Assembly: GCA_964016885.1 (NCBI GenBank)
Contig: OZ024758.1
Coordinates: 34,286,001-34,350,000, forward strand
Origin: Eledone cirrhosa
Taxonomy: Eukaryota
DNA: 64,000 nt
Direction of reading: 5' to 3'
This document shows positions 1 through 14,600 of this stretch, piece by piece. The notes under the pieces are model-generated. The model saw nothing but the letters and a program-made list of their open reading frames with translations. It was not told the origin of the DNA and made no database searches. Made by a program: the position numbers and the translations under genes. Every line of letters begins with the position of its first letter. The stretch's first letter is position 1.

Positions 1-2676
1 AGAAGTCACTCCAATGTTGGTGAGAATTCATTTAAGTTCATGGTACTAGCTGTCAGAAGTAACCCCAATGTTGGTGAGAATTCATTTAAGTTCATGGTAT
101 TAGCTGTCAGAAGTCACTCCAATGTTGGTGAGAATTCATTTAAGTTCGTGGTATTAGCTGTCAGAAGTAACTCCACTGTTGGTGAGAATTCATTTAAGTT
201 CATGGTATTAGCTGTCAGAAGTAACTCCACTGTTGGTGAGAATTCATTTAAGTTCATGCTATTAGCTGTCAGAAGTAACTCCACTGTTGGTGAGAATTCA
301 TTTAAGTTCATGGTATTAGCTGTCAGAAGGAACTCCAATGTTGGTGAGAATTCATTTAAGTCATGGTACTAGCTGTCAGAAGTAACTCCACTGTTGGTGA
401 GAATTCATTTAAGTTCATGGTATTAGCTGTCAGAAGGAACGCCACTGTTGGTGAGAATTCATTTAAGTTCATGGTATTAGCTGTCAGAAGTAACTCCACT
501 GTTGGTGAGAATTCATTTAAGTTCATGGTACTAGCTGTCAGAAGTAACTCCACTGTTGGTGAGAATTCATTTAAGTTCATGGTATTAGCTGTCAGAAGTA
601 ACTCCACTGTTGGTGAGAATTCATTTAAGTTCATGGTACTAGTTGTCAGAAGTAACTCCACTGTTGGTAAGAATTCATTTTAGTTCATGGTATTAGTTGT
701 CAGAAGTAACTCCACTGTTGGTGAGAATTCATTTAAGTCATGGTATTAGTTGTCAGAAGTAACTCCAATGTTGGTGAGAATTCATTTAAGTTCATGGTAC
801 TAGCTGTCCGAAGTAACTCCACTGTTGGTGACAATTCATTTAAATTCATGGTATTAGCTGTCAGAAGTAACTCCACTGTTGGTGAGAATTCATTTAAGTC
901 ATGGTATTAGCTGTCAGAAGTAACTCCATTGTTGGTGAGAATTCATTTAAGTCATGGTACTAGCTGTCAGAAGTAACTCCAATTTTGGTGAGAATTCATT
1001 TAAGTCATGGTATTAGCTGTCAGAAGTCACTCCAATGTTGGTGAGAATTCATATAAGTTCATGGTATTAGCTGTCAGAAGTCACTCCACTGTTTGTGAGA
1101 ATTCATTTAAGTTCATGGTACTAGCTGTCAGAAGTAACCCCAATGTTGGTGAGAATTCATTTAAGTCCATGGTATTAGCTGTCAGAAGTCACTCCAATGT
1201 TGGTGAGAATTCATTTAAGTTCGTGGTATTAGCTGGCAGAAGTAACTCCACTGTTGGTGAGAATTCATTTAAGTTCATGGTATTAGCTGTCAGAAGTAAC
1301 TCCACTGTTGGTGAGAATTCATTTAAGTTCATGGTATTAGCTGTCAGAAGTAACTCCACTGTTGGTGAGAATTCATTTAAGTTCATGGTATTAGCTGTCA
1401 GAAGTAACTCCACTGTTGGTGAGAATTCATTTAAGTTCATGGTACTAGCTGTCAGAAGTAACTCCACTGTTGGTGAGAATTCATTTAAGTTCATGGTATT
1501 AGCTGTCAGAAGTAACTCCACTGTTGGTGAGAATTCATTTAAGTTCATGGTATTAGCTGTCAGAAGTAACTCCACTGTTGGTGAGAATTCATTTAAGTCA
1601 TGGTATAAGCTGTCAGAAGTAACTCCATTGTTGGTGAGAATTCATTTAAGTCATGGTACTAGCTGTCAGAAGTAACTCCCCTGTTGGTGAGAATTCATTT
1701 AAGTTCATGGTACAAGCTGTCAGAAGTAACTCCACTGTTGGTGAGAATTCATTTAAGTTCATGGTACTAGCTGTCAGAAGTAACTCCACTGTTGGTGAGA
1801 ATTCATTTAAGTTCATGGTACTAGCTGTCAGAAGTAACTCCACTGTTTGTGAGAATTCATTTAAGTTCATGGTATTAGTTTGTCAGAAGTAACTCCACTG
1901 TTGGTGAGAATTCATTTAAGTCATGGTATTAGTTGTCAGAAGTAACTCCAATGTTGGTGAGAATTCATTTAAGTCATGGTACTAGCTGTCAGAAGTAACT
2001 CCAATGTTGGTGAGAATTCATTTAAGTTCATGGTATTAGCTCTCAGAAGTAACTCCACTGTTGGTGAGAATTCATTTAAGTTCATGGTATTAGCTGTCAG
2101 AAGTAACTCCACTGTTGGTGAGAATTCATTTAAGTTCATGGTATTAGCTGTCAGAAGTAACTCCACTGTTGGTGAGAATTCATTTAAGTTCATGGTATTA
2201 GCTGTCAGAAGGAACTCCAATGTTGGTGAGAATTCATTTAAGTCATGGTACTAGCTGTCAGAAGTAACTCCACTGTTGGTGAGAATTCATTTAAGTTCAT
2301 GGTATTAGCTGTCAGAAGGAACGCCACTGTTGGTGAGAATTCATTTAAGTTCATGGTACTAGCTGTTAGAAGTAACTCCAATGTTGGTGAGAATTCATTT
2401 AAGTTCATGGTATTAGCTGTCAGAAGTAACTCCACTGTTGGTGAGAATTCATTTAAGTTCATGGTACTAGCTGTCAGAAGTAACTCCACTGTTGGTGAGA
2501 ATTCATTTAAGTTCATGGTACTAGCTGTCAGAAGTAACTCCACTGTTGGTGAGAATTCATTTAAGTTCATGGTACTAGCTGCGAGAAGTAACTCCAATGT
2601 TGGTGAGAATTCATTTAAGTTCATGGTATTAGCTGTCAGAAGTAACTCCACTGTTGGTGAGAATTCATTTAAGTTC

Positions 2677-4740
2677 ATGGTACTAGCTGTCAGAAGTAAC
2701 TCCACTGTTGGTGAGAATTCATTTAAGTTCATGGTATTAGCTGTCAGAAGTCACTCCAATGTTGGTGAGAATTCATTTAAGTTCATGGTATTAGCTGTCA
2801 GAAGTCACTCCACTGTTGGTGAGAATTCATTTAAGTTCATGGTACTAGCTGTCAGAAGTAACCCCAATGTTGGTGAGAATTCATTTAAGTTCATGGTATT
2901 AGCTGTCAGAAGTCACTCCAATGTTGGTGAGAATTCATTTAAGTTCGTGGTATTAGCTGTCAGAAGTAACTCCACTGTTGGTGAGAATTCATTTAAGTTC
3001 ATGGTATTAGCTGTCAGAAGTAACTCCACTGTTGGTGAGAATTCATTTAAGTTCATGCTATTAGCTGTCAGAAGTAACTCCACTGTTGGTGAGAATTCAT
3101 TTAAGTTCATGGTATTAGCTGTCAGAAGGAACTCCAATGTTGGTGAGAATTCATTTAAGTCATGGTACTAGCTGTCAGAAGTAACTCCACTGTTGGTGAG
3201 AATTCATTTAAGTTCATGGTATTAGCTGTCAGAAGGAACGCCACTGTTGGTGAGAATTCATTTAAGTTCATGGTATTAGCTGTCAGAAGTAACTCCACTG
3301 TTGGTGAGAATTTATTTAAGTTCATGGTACTAGCTGTCAGAAGTAACTCCACTGTTGGTGAGAATTCATTTAAGTTCATGGTATTAGCTGTCAGAAGTAA
3401 CTCCACTGTTGGTGAGAATTCATTTAAGTTCATGGTACTAGTTGTCAGAAGTAACTCCACTGTTGGTAAGAATTCATTTTAGTTCATGGTATTAGTTGTC
3501 AGAAGTAACTCCAATTTTGGTGAGAATTCATTTAAGTCATGGTATTAGCTGTCAGAAGTCACTCCAATGTTGGTGAGAATTCGTTTAAGTTCATGGTATT
3601 AGCTGTCAGAAGTCACTCCACTGTTGGTGAGAATTCATTTAAGTTCATGGTACTAGCTGTCAGAAGTAACCCCAATGTTGGTGAGAATTCATTTAAGTTC
3701 ATGGTATTAGCTGTCAGAAGTCACTCCAATGTTGGTGAGAATTCATTTAAGTTCGTGGTATTAGCTGTCAGAAGTAACTCCACTGTTGGTGAGAATTCAT
3801 TTAAGTTCATGGTATTAGCTGTCAGAAGTAACTACACTGTTGGTGAGAATTCATTTAAGTTCATGGTACTAGCTGTCAGAAGTAACTCCACTGTTGGTGA
3901 GAATTCATTTAAGTTCATGGTACTAGCTGTCAGAAGTAACTCCACTGTTGGTGAGAATTCATTTAAGTTCATGGTATTAGCTGTCAGAAGTCACTCCAAT
4001 GTTGGTGAGAATTCATTTAAGTTCATGGTATTAGCTGTCAGAAGTCACTCCACTGTTGGTGAGAATTCATTTAAGTTCATGGTACTAGCTGTCAGAAGTA
4101 ACCCCAATGTTGGTGAGAATTCATTTAAGTTCATGGTATTAGCTGTCAGAAGTCACTCCAATGTTGGTGAGAATTCATTTAAGTTCGTGGTATTAGCTGT
4201 CAGAAGTAACTCCACTGTTGGTGAGAATTCATTTAAGTTCATGGTATTAGCTGTCAGAAGTAACTCCACTGTTGGTGAGAATTCATTTAAGTTCATGCTA
4301 TTAGCTGTCAGAAGTAACTCCACTGTTGGTGAGAATTCATTTAAGTTCATGGTATTAGCTGTCAGAAGGAACTCCAATGTTGGTGAGAATTCATTTAAGT
4401 CATGGTACTAGCTGTCAGAAGTAAATCCACTGTTGGTGAGAATTCATTTAAGTTCATGGTATTAGCTGTCAGAAGGAACGCCACTGTTGGTGAGAATTCA
4501 TTTAAGTTCATGGTATTAGCTGTCAGAAGTAACTCCCCTGTTGGTGAGAATTTATTTAAGTTCATGGTACTAGCTGTCAGAAGTAACTCCACTGTTGGTG
4601 AGAATTCATTTAAGTTCATGGTATTAGCTGTCAGAAGTAACTCCACTGTTGGTGAGAATTCATTTAAGTTCATGGTACTAGTTGTCAGAAGTAACTCCAC
4701 TGTTGGTAAGAATTCATTTTAGTTCATGGTATTAGTTGTC
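2677..4740. repeat. Higher-order duplication, offset 1240 bp (23 monomers): ~2677-3500 repeated at ~3917-4740
   Basis: ORF boundaries 3162/3171/3482 recur at 4402/4411/4722. The rare variant GAATTTATT is shared at ~3308 and ~4548. Confidence 0.8.
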
Positions 4741-6712
4741 AGAAGTAACTCCACTGTTGGTGAGAATTCATTTAAGTCATGGTATTAGTTGTCAGAAGTA
4801 ACTCCAATGTTGGTGAGAATTCATTTAAGTTCTTGGTACTAGCTGTCAGAAGTAACTCCACTGTTGGTGAGAATTCATTTAAGTTCATTGTATTAGCTGT
4901 CAGAAGTAACTCCACTGTTGGTGAGAATTCATTTAAGTCATGGTATTAGCTGTCAGAAGTAACTCCATTGTTGGTGAGAATTCATTTAAGTCATGGTACT
5001 AGCTGTCAGAAGTAACTCCCCTGTTGGTGAGAATTCATTTAAGTTCATGGTACTAGCTGTCAGAAGTAACTCCACTGTTGGTGAGAATTCATTTAAGTTC
5101 ATGGTACTAGCTGTCAGAAGTAACTCCAATGTTGGTGAGAATTCATTTAAGTCATGGTACTAGCTGTCAGAAGTAACTCCACTGTTGGTGAGAATTCATT
5201 TAAGTTCATGGTATTAGCTGTCAGAAGGAACGCCACTGTTGGTGAGAATTCATTTAAGTTCATGGTACTAGCTGTCAGAAGTAACTCCACTGTTGGTGAG
5301 AATTTATTTAAGTTCATGGTACTAGCTGTCAGAAGTAACTCCACTGTTGGTGAGAATTCATTTAAGTTCATGGTATTAGCTGTCAGAAGTAACTCCACTG
5401 TTGGTGAGAATTCATTTAAGTTCATGGTACTAGTTGTCAGAAGTAACTCCACTGTTGGTAAGAATTCATTTTAGTTCATGGTATTAGTTGTCAGAAGTAA
5501 CTCCACTGTTGGTGAGAATTCATTTAAGTCATGGTATTAGTTGTCAGAAGTAACTCCACTGTTGGTGAGAATTCATTTAAGTCATGGTATTAGTTGTCAG
5601 AAGTAACTCCAATGTTGGTGAGAATTCATTTAAGTTCGTGGTATTAGCTGTCAGAAGTAACTCCACTGTTGGTGAGAATTCATTTAAGTTCATGGTATTA
5701 GCTGTCAGAAGTCACTCCACTGTTGGTGAGAATTCATTTAAGTTCATGGTATTAGCTGTCAGAAGTCACTCCACTGTTGGTGAGAATTCATTTAAGTCAT
5801 GGTATTAGTTGTCAGAAGTAACTCCAATGTTGGTGAGAATTCATTTAAGTTCGTGGTATTAGCTGTCAGAAGTAACTCCACTGTTGGTGAGAATTCATTT
5901 AAGTTCATGCTATTAGCTGTCAGAAGTAACTCCACTGTTGGTGAGAATTCATTTAAGTTCATGGTATTAGCTGTCAGAAGTAACTCCACTGTTGGTGAGA
6001 ATTCATTTAAGTTCATGGTACTAGTTGTCAGAAGTAACTCCACTGTTGGTAAGAATTCATTTTAGTTCATGGTATTAGTTGTCAGAAGTAACTCCACTGT
6101 TGGTGAGAATTCATTTAAGTCATGGTATTAGTTGTCAGAAGTAACTCCAATGTTGGTGAGAATTCATTTAAGTTCTTGGTACTAGCTGTCAGAAGTAACT
6201 CCACTGTTGGTGAGAATTCATTTAAGTTCATTGTATTAGCTGTCAGAAGTAACTCCACTGTTGGTGAGAATTCATTTAAGTCATGGTATTAGCTGTCAGA
6301 AGTAACTCCATTGTTGGTGAGAACTCATTTAAGTCATGGTACTAGCTGTCAGAAGTAACTCCCCTGTTGGTGAGAATTCATTTAAGTTCATGGTACTAGC
6401 TGTCAGAAGTAACTCCACTGTTGGTGAGAATTCATTTAAGTTCATGGTACTAGCTGTCAGAAGTAACTCCACTGTTGGTGAGAATTCATTTAAGTTCATG
6501 GTACTAGCTGTCAGAAGTAACTCCACTGTTGGTGAGAATTCATTTAAGTTCATGGTATTAGTTTGTCAGAAGTAACTCCACTGTTGGTGAGAATTCATTT
6601 AAGTCATGGTATTAGTTGTCAGAAGTAACTCCAATGTTGGTGAGAATTCATTTAAGTCATGGTACTAGCTGTCAGAAGTAACTCCAATGTTGGTGAGAAT
6701 TCATTTAAGTTC

Positions 6713-9700
6713 ATGGTATTAGCTCTCAGAAGTAACTCCACTGTTGGTGAGAATTCATTTAAGTTCATGGTATTAGCTGTCAGAAGTAACTCCACTGTTG
6801 GTGAGAATTCATTTAAGTTCATGGTATTAGCTGTCAGAAGTAACTCCACTGTTGGTGAGAAGTCATTTAAGTTCATGGTATTAGCTGTCAGAAGGAACTC
6901 CAATGTTGGTGAGAATTCATTTAAGTCATGGTACTAGCTGTCAGAAGTAACTCCACTGTTGGTGAGAATTCATTTAAGTTCATGGTATTAGCTGTCAGAA
7001 GGAACGCCACTGTTGGTGAGAATTCATTTAAGTTCATGGTATTAGCTGTCAGAAGTAACTCCACTGTTGGTGAGAATTCATTTAAGTTCATGGTACTAGC
7101 TGTTAGAAGTAACTCCAATGTTGGTGAGAATTCATTTAAGTTCATGGTATTAGCTGTCAGAAGTAACTCCACTGTTGGTGAGAATTCATTTAAGTTCATG
7201 GTACTAGCTGTCAGAAGTAACTCCACTGTTGGTGAGAATTCATTTAAGTTCATGGTACTAGCTGTCAGAAGTAACTCCACTGTTGGTGAGAATTCATTTA
7301 AGTTCATGGTACTAGCTGTCAGAAGTAACTCCAATGTTGGTGAGAATTCATTTAAGTTCATGGTATTAGCTGTCAGAAGTAACTCCACTGTTGGTGAGAA
7401 TTCATTTAAGTTCATGGTACTAGCTGTCAGAAGTAACTCCACTGTTGGTGAGAATTCATTTAAGTTCATGGTATTAGCTGTCAGAAGTCACTCCAATGTT
7501 GGTGAGAATTCATTTAAGTTCATGGTATTAGCTGTCAGAAGTCACTCCACTGTTGGTGAGAATTCATTTAAGTTCATGGTACTAGCTGTCAGAAGTAACC
7601 CCAATGTTGGTGAGAATTCATTTAAGTTCATGGTATTAGCTGTCAGAAGTCACTCCAATGTTGGTGAGAATTCATTTAAGTTCGTGGTATTAGCTGTCAG
7701 AAGTAACTCCACTGTTGGTGAGAATTCATTTAAGTTCATGGTATTAGCTGTCAGAAGTAACTCCACTGTTGGTGAGAATTCATTTAAGTTCTTGGTACTA
7801 GCTGTCAGAAGTAACTCCACTGTTGGTGAGAATTCATTTAAGTCATGGTATTAGCTGTCAGAAGTAACTCCATTGTTGGTGAGAATTCATTTAAGTCATG
7901 GTACTAGCTGTCAGAAGTAACTCCCCTGTTGGTGAGAATTCATTTAAGTTCATGGTACTAGCTGTCAGAAGTAACTCCACTGTTGGTGAGAATTCATTTA
8001 AGTTCATGGTATTAGCTGTCAGAAGTCACTCCAATGTTGGTGAGAATTCATTTAAGTTCATGGTATTAGCTGTCAGAAGTCACTCCACTGTTGGTGAGAA
8101 TTCATTTAAGTTCATGGTACTAGCTGTCAGAAGTAACCCCAATGTTGGTGAGAATTCATTTAAGTTCATGGTATTAGCTGTCAGAAGTCACTCCAATGTT
8201 GGTGAGAATTCATTTAAGTTCGTGGTATTAGCTGTCAGAAGTAACTCCACTGTTGGTGAGAATTCATTTAAGTTCATGCTATTAGCTGTCAGAAGTAACT
8301 CCACTGTTGGTGAGAATTCATTTAAGTTCATGCTATTAGCTGTCAGAAGTAACTCCACTGTTGGTGAGAATTCATTTAAGTTCATGGTATTAGCTGTCAG
8401 AAGGAACGCCACTGTTGGTGAGAATTCATTTAAGTTCATGGTATTAGCTGTCAGAAGTAACTCCACTGTTGGTGAGAATTCATTTAAGTTCATGGTACTA
8501 GTTGTCAGAAGTAACTCCACTGTTGGTAAGAATTCATTTTAGTTCATGGTATTAGTTGTCAGAAGTAACTCCACTGTTGGTGAGAATTCATTTAAGTCAT
8601 GGTACTAGTTGTCAGAAGTAACTCCACTGTTGGTAAGAATTCATTTTAGTTCATGGTATTAGTTGTCAGAAGTAACTCCACTGTTGGTGAGAATTCATTT
8701 TAGTTCATGGTATTAGTTGTCAGAAGTAACTCCACTGTTGGTGAGAATTCATTTAAGTCATGGTATTAGTTGTCAGAAGTAACTCCAATGTTGGTGAGAA
8801 TTCATTTAAGTTCTTGGTACTAGCTGTCAGAAGTAACTCCACTGTTGGTGAGAATTCATTTAAGTTCATTGTATTAGCTGTCAGAAGTAACTCCACTGTT
8901 GGTGAGAATTCATTTAAGTCATGGTATTAGCTGTCAGAAGTAACTCCATTGTTGGTGAGAATTCATTTAAGTCATGGTACTAGCTGTCAGAAGTAACTCC
9001 CCTGTTGGTGAGAATTCATTTAAGTTCATGGTACTAGCTGTCAGAAGTAACTCCACTGTTGGTGAGAATTCATTTAAGTTCATGGTACTAGCTGTCAGAA
9101 GTAACTCCACTGTTGGTGAGAATTCATTTAAGTTCATGGTACTAGCTGTCAGAAGTAACTCCACTGTTGGTGAGAATTCATTTAAGTTCATGGTATTAGC
9201 TCTCAGAAGTAACTCCACTGTTGGTGAGAATTCATTTAAGTTCATGGTATTAGCTGTCAGAAGTAACTCCACTGTTGGTGAGAATTCATTTAAGTTCATG
9301 GTATTAGCTGTCAGAAGTAACTCCACTGTTGGTGAGAAGTCATTTAAGTTCATGGTATTAGCTGTCAGAAGGAACTCCAATGTTGGTGAGAATTCATTTA
9401 AGTCATGGTACTAGCTGTCAGAAGTAACTCCACTGTTGGTGAGAATTCATTTAAGTTCATGGTATTAGCTGTCAGAAGGAACGCCACTGTTGGTGAGAAT
9501 TCATTTAAGTTCATGGTATTAGCTGTCAGAAGTAACTCCACTGTTGGTGAGAATTCATTTAAGTTCATGGTACTAGCTGTTAGAAGTAACTCCAATGTTG
9601 GTGAGAATTCATTTAAGTTCATGGTATTAGCTGTCAGAAGTAACTCCACTGTTGGTGAGAATTCATTTAAGTTCATGGTACTAGCTGTCAGAAGTAACTC

Positions 9701-11666
9701 CACTGTTGGTGAGAATTCATTTAAGTTCATGGTACTAGCTGTCAGAAGTAACTCCACTGTTGGTGAGAATTCATTTAAGTTCATGGTACTAGCTGTCAGA
9801 AGTAACTCCAATGTTGGTGAGAATTCATTTAAGTTCATGGTATTAGCTGTCAGAAGTAACTCCACTGTTGGTGAGAATTCATTTAAGTTCATGGTACTAG
9901 CTGTCAGAAGTAACTCCACTGTTGGTGAGAATTCATTTAAGTTCATGGTATTAGCTGTCAGAAGTCACTCCAATGTTGGTGAGAATTCATTTAAGTTCAT
10001 GGTATTAGCTGTCAGAAGTCACTCCACTGTTGGTGAGAATTCATTTAAGTTCATGGTACTAGCTGTCAGAAGTAACCCCAATGTTGGTGAGAATTCATTT
10101 AAGTTCATGGTATTAGCTGTCAGAAGTCACTCCAATGTTGGTGAGAATTCATTTAAGTTCGTGGTATTAGCTGTCAGAAGTAACTCCACTGTTGGTGAGA
10201 ATTCATTTAAGTTCATGGTATTAGCTGTCAGAAGTAACTCCACTGTTGGTGAGAATTCATTTAAGTTCTTGGTACTAGCTGTCAGAAGTAACTCCACTGT
10301 TGGTGAGAATTCATTTAAGTCATGGTATTAGCTGTCAGAAGTAACTCCATTGTTGGTGAGAATTCATTTAAGTCATGGTACTAGCTGTCAGAAGTAACTC
10401 CCCTGTTGGTGAGAATTCATTTAAGTTCATGGTACTAGCTGTCAGAAGTAACTCCACTGTTGGTGAGAATTCATTTAAGTTCATGGTATTAGCTGTCAGA
10501 AGTCACTCCAATGTTGGTGAGAATTCATTTAAGTTCATGGTATTAGCTGTCAGAAGTCACTCCACTGTTGGTGAGAATTCATTTAAGTTCATGGTACTAG
10601 CTGTCAGAAGTAACCCCAATGTTGGTGAGAATTCATTTAAGTTCATGGTATTAGCTGTCAGAAGTCACTCCAATGTTGGTGAGAATTCATTTAAGTTCGT
10701 GGTATTAGCTGTCAGAAGTAACTCCACTGTTGGTGAGAATTCATTTAAGTTCATGCTATTAGCTGTCAGAAGTAACTCCACTGTTGGTGAGAATTCATTT
10801 AAGTTCATGCTATTAGCTGTCAGAAGTAACTCCACTGTTGGTGAGAATTCATTTAAGTTCATGGTATTAGCTGTCAGAAGGAACGCCACTGTTGGTGAGA
10901 ATTCATTTAAGTTCATGGTATTAGCTGTCAGAAGTAACTCCACTGTTGGTGAGAATTCATTTAAGTTCATGGTACTAGTTGTCAGAAGTAACTCCACTGT
11001 TGGTAAGAATTCATTTTAGTTCATGGTATTAGTTGTCAGAAGTAACTCCACTGTTGGTGAGAATTCATTTAAGTCATGGTACTAGTTGTCAGAAGTAACT
11101 CCACTGTTGGTAAGAATTCATTTTAGTTCATGGTATTAGTTGTCAGAAGTAACTCCACTGTTGGTGAGAATTCATTTTAGTTCATGGTATTAGTTGTCAG
11201 AAGTAACTCCACTGTTGGTGAGAATTCATTTAAGTCATGGTATTAGTTGTCAGAAGTAACTCCAATGTTGGTGAGAATTCATTTAAGTTCTTGGTACTAG
11301 CTGTCAGAAGTAACTCCACTGTTGGTGAGAATTCATTTAAGTTCATTGTATTAGCTGTCAGAAGTAACTCCACTGTTGGTGAGAATTCATTTAAGTCATG
11401 GTATTAGCTGTCAGAAGTAACTCCATTGTTGGTGAGAATTCATTTAAGTCATGGTACTAGCTGTCAGAAGTAACTCCCCTGTTGGTGAGAATTCATTTAA
11501 GTTCATGGTACTAGCTGTCAGAAGTAACTCCACTGTTGGTGAGAATTCATTTAAGTTCATGGTACTAGCTGTCAGAAGTAACTCCACTGTTGGTGAGAAT
11601 TCATTTAAGTTCATGGTACTAGCTGTCAGAAGTAACTCCACTGTTGGTGAGAATTCATTTAAGTTC
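6713..11666. repeat. Direct tandem duplication of a 2477-bp (46-monomer) block: 6713-9189 and 9190-11666
   Basis: Identical ORF translations at 6928/9405 and 7898/10375, with starts 8974/11451, all offset by 2477. The copies share GAGAAGTC (~6857/9334), the double ATGCTATT monomers and the double GGTAAG cassette. Confidence 0.92.
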
Positions 11667-14600
11667 ATGGTATTAGTTTGTCAGAAGTAACTCCACTGTT
11701 GGTGAGAATTCATTTAAGTCATGGTATTAGTTGTCAGAAGTAACTCCAATGTTGGTGAGAATTCATTTAAGTTCATGGTATTAGCTGTCAGAAGTCACTC
11801 CACTGTTGGTGAGAATTCATTTAAGTTCATGGTACTAGCTGTCAGAAGTAACCCCAATGTTGGTGAGAATTCATTTAAGTTCATGGTATTAGCTGTCAGA
11901 AGTCACTCCAATGTTGGTGAGAATTCATTTAAGTTCGTGGTATTAGCTGTCAGAAGTAACTCCACTGTTGGTGAGAATTCATTTAAGTTCATGGTATTAG
12001 CTGTCAGAAGTAACTCCACTGTTGGTGAGAATTCATTTAAGTTCATGCTATTAGCTGTCAGAAGTAACTCCACTGTTGGTGAGAATTCATTTAAGTTCAT
12101 GGTATTAGCTGTCAGAAGGAACTCCAATGTTGGTGAGAATTCATTTAAGTCATGGTACTAGCTGTCAGAAGTAACTCCACTGTTGGTGAGAATTCATTTA
12201 AGTTCATGGTATTAGCTGTCAGAAGGAACGCCACTGTTGGTGAGAATTCATTTAAGTTCATGGTACTAGCTGTCAGAAGTAACTCCACTGTTGGTGAGAA
12301 TTTATTTAAGTTCATGGTACTAGCTGTCAGAAGTAACTCCACTGTTGGTGAGAATTCATTTAAGTTCATGGTATTAGCTGTCAGAAGTAACTCCACTGTT
12401 GGTGAGAATTCATTTAAGTTCATGGTACTAGTTGTCAGAAGTAACTCCACTGTTGGTAAGAATTCATTTTAGTTCATGGTATTAGTTGTCAGAAGTAACT
12501 CCACTGTTGGTGAGAATTCATTTATGTCATGGTATTAGTTGTCAGAAGTAACTCCAATGTTGGTGAGAATTCATTTAAGTTCTTGGTACTAGCTGTCAAA
12601 AGTAACTACACTGTTGGTGAGAATTCATTTAAGTTCATTGTATTAGCTGTCAGAAGTAACTCCACTGTTGGTGAGAATTCATTTAAGTCATGGTATTAGC
12701 TGTCAGAAGTAACTCCATTGTTGGTGAGAATTCATTTAAGTCATGGTACTAGCTGTCAGAAGTAACTCCCCTGTTGGTGAGAATTCATTTAAGTTCATGG
12801 TACTAGCTGTCAGAAGTAACTCCACTGTTGGTGAGAATTCATTTAAGTTCATGGTACTAGCTGTCAGAAGTAACTCCACTGTTGGTGAGAATTCATTTAA
12901 GTTCATGGTACTAGCTGTCAGAAGTAACTCCACTGTTGGTGAGAATTCATTTAAGTTCATGGTATTAGTTTGTCAGAAGTAACTCCACTGTTGGTGAGAA
13001 TTCATTTAAGTCATGGTATTAGTTGTCAGAAGTAACTCCAATGTTGGTGAGAATTCATTTAAGTCATGGTACTAGCTGTCAGAAGTAACTCCAATGTTGG
13101 TGAGAATTCATTTAAGTTCATGGTATTAGCTGTCAGAAGTAACTCCACTGTTGGTGAGAATTCATTTAAGTTCATGGTATTAGCTGTCAGAAGTAACTCC
13201 ACTGTTGGTGAGAAGTCATTTAAGTTCATGGTATTAGCTGTCAGAAGGAACTCCAATGTTGGTGAGAATTCATTTAAGTCATGGTACTAGCTGTCAGAAG
13301 TAACTCCACTGTTGGTGAGAATTCATTTAAGTTCATGGTATTAGCTGTCAGAAGGAACGCCACTGTTGGTGAGAATTCATTTAAGTTCATGGTATTAGCT
13401 GTCAGAAGTAGCTCCACTGTTGGTGAGAATTCATTTAAGTTCATGGTACTAGCTGTTAGAAGTAACTCCAATGTTGGTGAGAATTCATTTAAGTTCATGG
13501 TATTAGCTGTCAGAAGTAACTCCACTGTTGGTGAGAATTCATTTAAGTTCATGGTACTAGCTGTCAGAAGTAACTCCACTGTTGGTGAGAATTCATTTAA
13601 GTTCATGGTACTAGCTGTCAGAAGTAACTCCACTGTTGGTGAGAATTCATTTAAGTTCATGGTATTAGCTGTCAGAAGGAACGCCACTGTTGGTGAGAAT
13701 TCATTTAAGTTCATGGTATTAGCTGTCAGAAGTAACTCCACTGTTGGTGAGAATTCATTTAAGTTCATGGTACTAGTTGTCAGAAGTAACTCCACTGTTG
13801 GTAAGAATTCATGTTAGTTCATGGTATTAGTTGTCAGAAGTAACTCCACTGTTGGTGAGAATTCATTTAAGTCATGGTACTAGTTGTCAGAAGTAACTCC
13901 ACTGTTGGTAAGAATTCATTTTAGTTCATGGTATTAGTTGTCAGAAGTAACTCCACTGTTGGTGAGAATTCATTTTAGTTCATGGTATTAGTTGTCAGAA
14001 GTAACTCCACTGTTGGTGAGAATTCATTTAAGTCATGGTATTAGTTGTCAGAAGTAACTCCAATGTTGGTGAGAATTCATTTAAGTTCTTGGTACTAGCT
14101 GTCAGAAGTAACTCCACTGTTGGTGAGAATTCATTTAAGTTCATTGTATTAGCTGTCAGAAGTAACTCCACTGTTGGTGAGAATTCATTTAAGTCATGGT
14201 ATTAGCTGTCAGAAGTAACTCCATTGTTGGTGAGAATTCATTTAAGTCATGGTACTAGCTGTCAGAAGTAACTCCCCTGTTGGTGAGAATTCATTTAAGT
14301 TCATGGTACTAGCTGTCAGAAGTAACTCCACTGTTGGTGAGAATTCATTTAAGTTCATGGTACTAGCTGTCAGAAGTAACTCCACTGTTGGTGAGAATTC
14401 ATTTAAGTTCATGGTACTAGCTGTCAGAAGTAACTCCACTGTTGGTGAGAATTCATTTAAGTTCATGGTATTAGTTTGTCAGAAGTAACTCCACTGTTGG
14501 TGAGAATTCATTTAAGTCATGGTATTAGTTGTCAGAAGTAACTCCAATGTTGGTGAGAATTCATTTAAGTTCATGGTATTAGCTGTCAGAAGTCACTCCA

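Noticed and set aside
494-516. Possible hairpin or palindrome in the monomer (CTCCA-CTGT-TGGTGAG, and GAATTC)
   Set aside because: The stem is only 3 contiguous pairs plus a bulged extension, and a 6-bp palindrome is expected by chance. This is not supportable as an RNA structure, terminator or tandem ncRNA gene.
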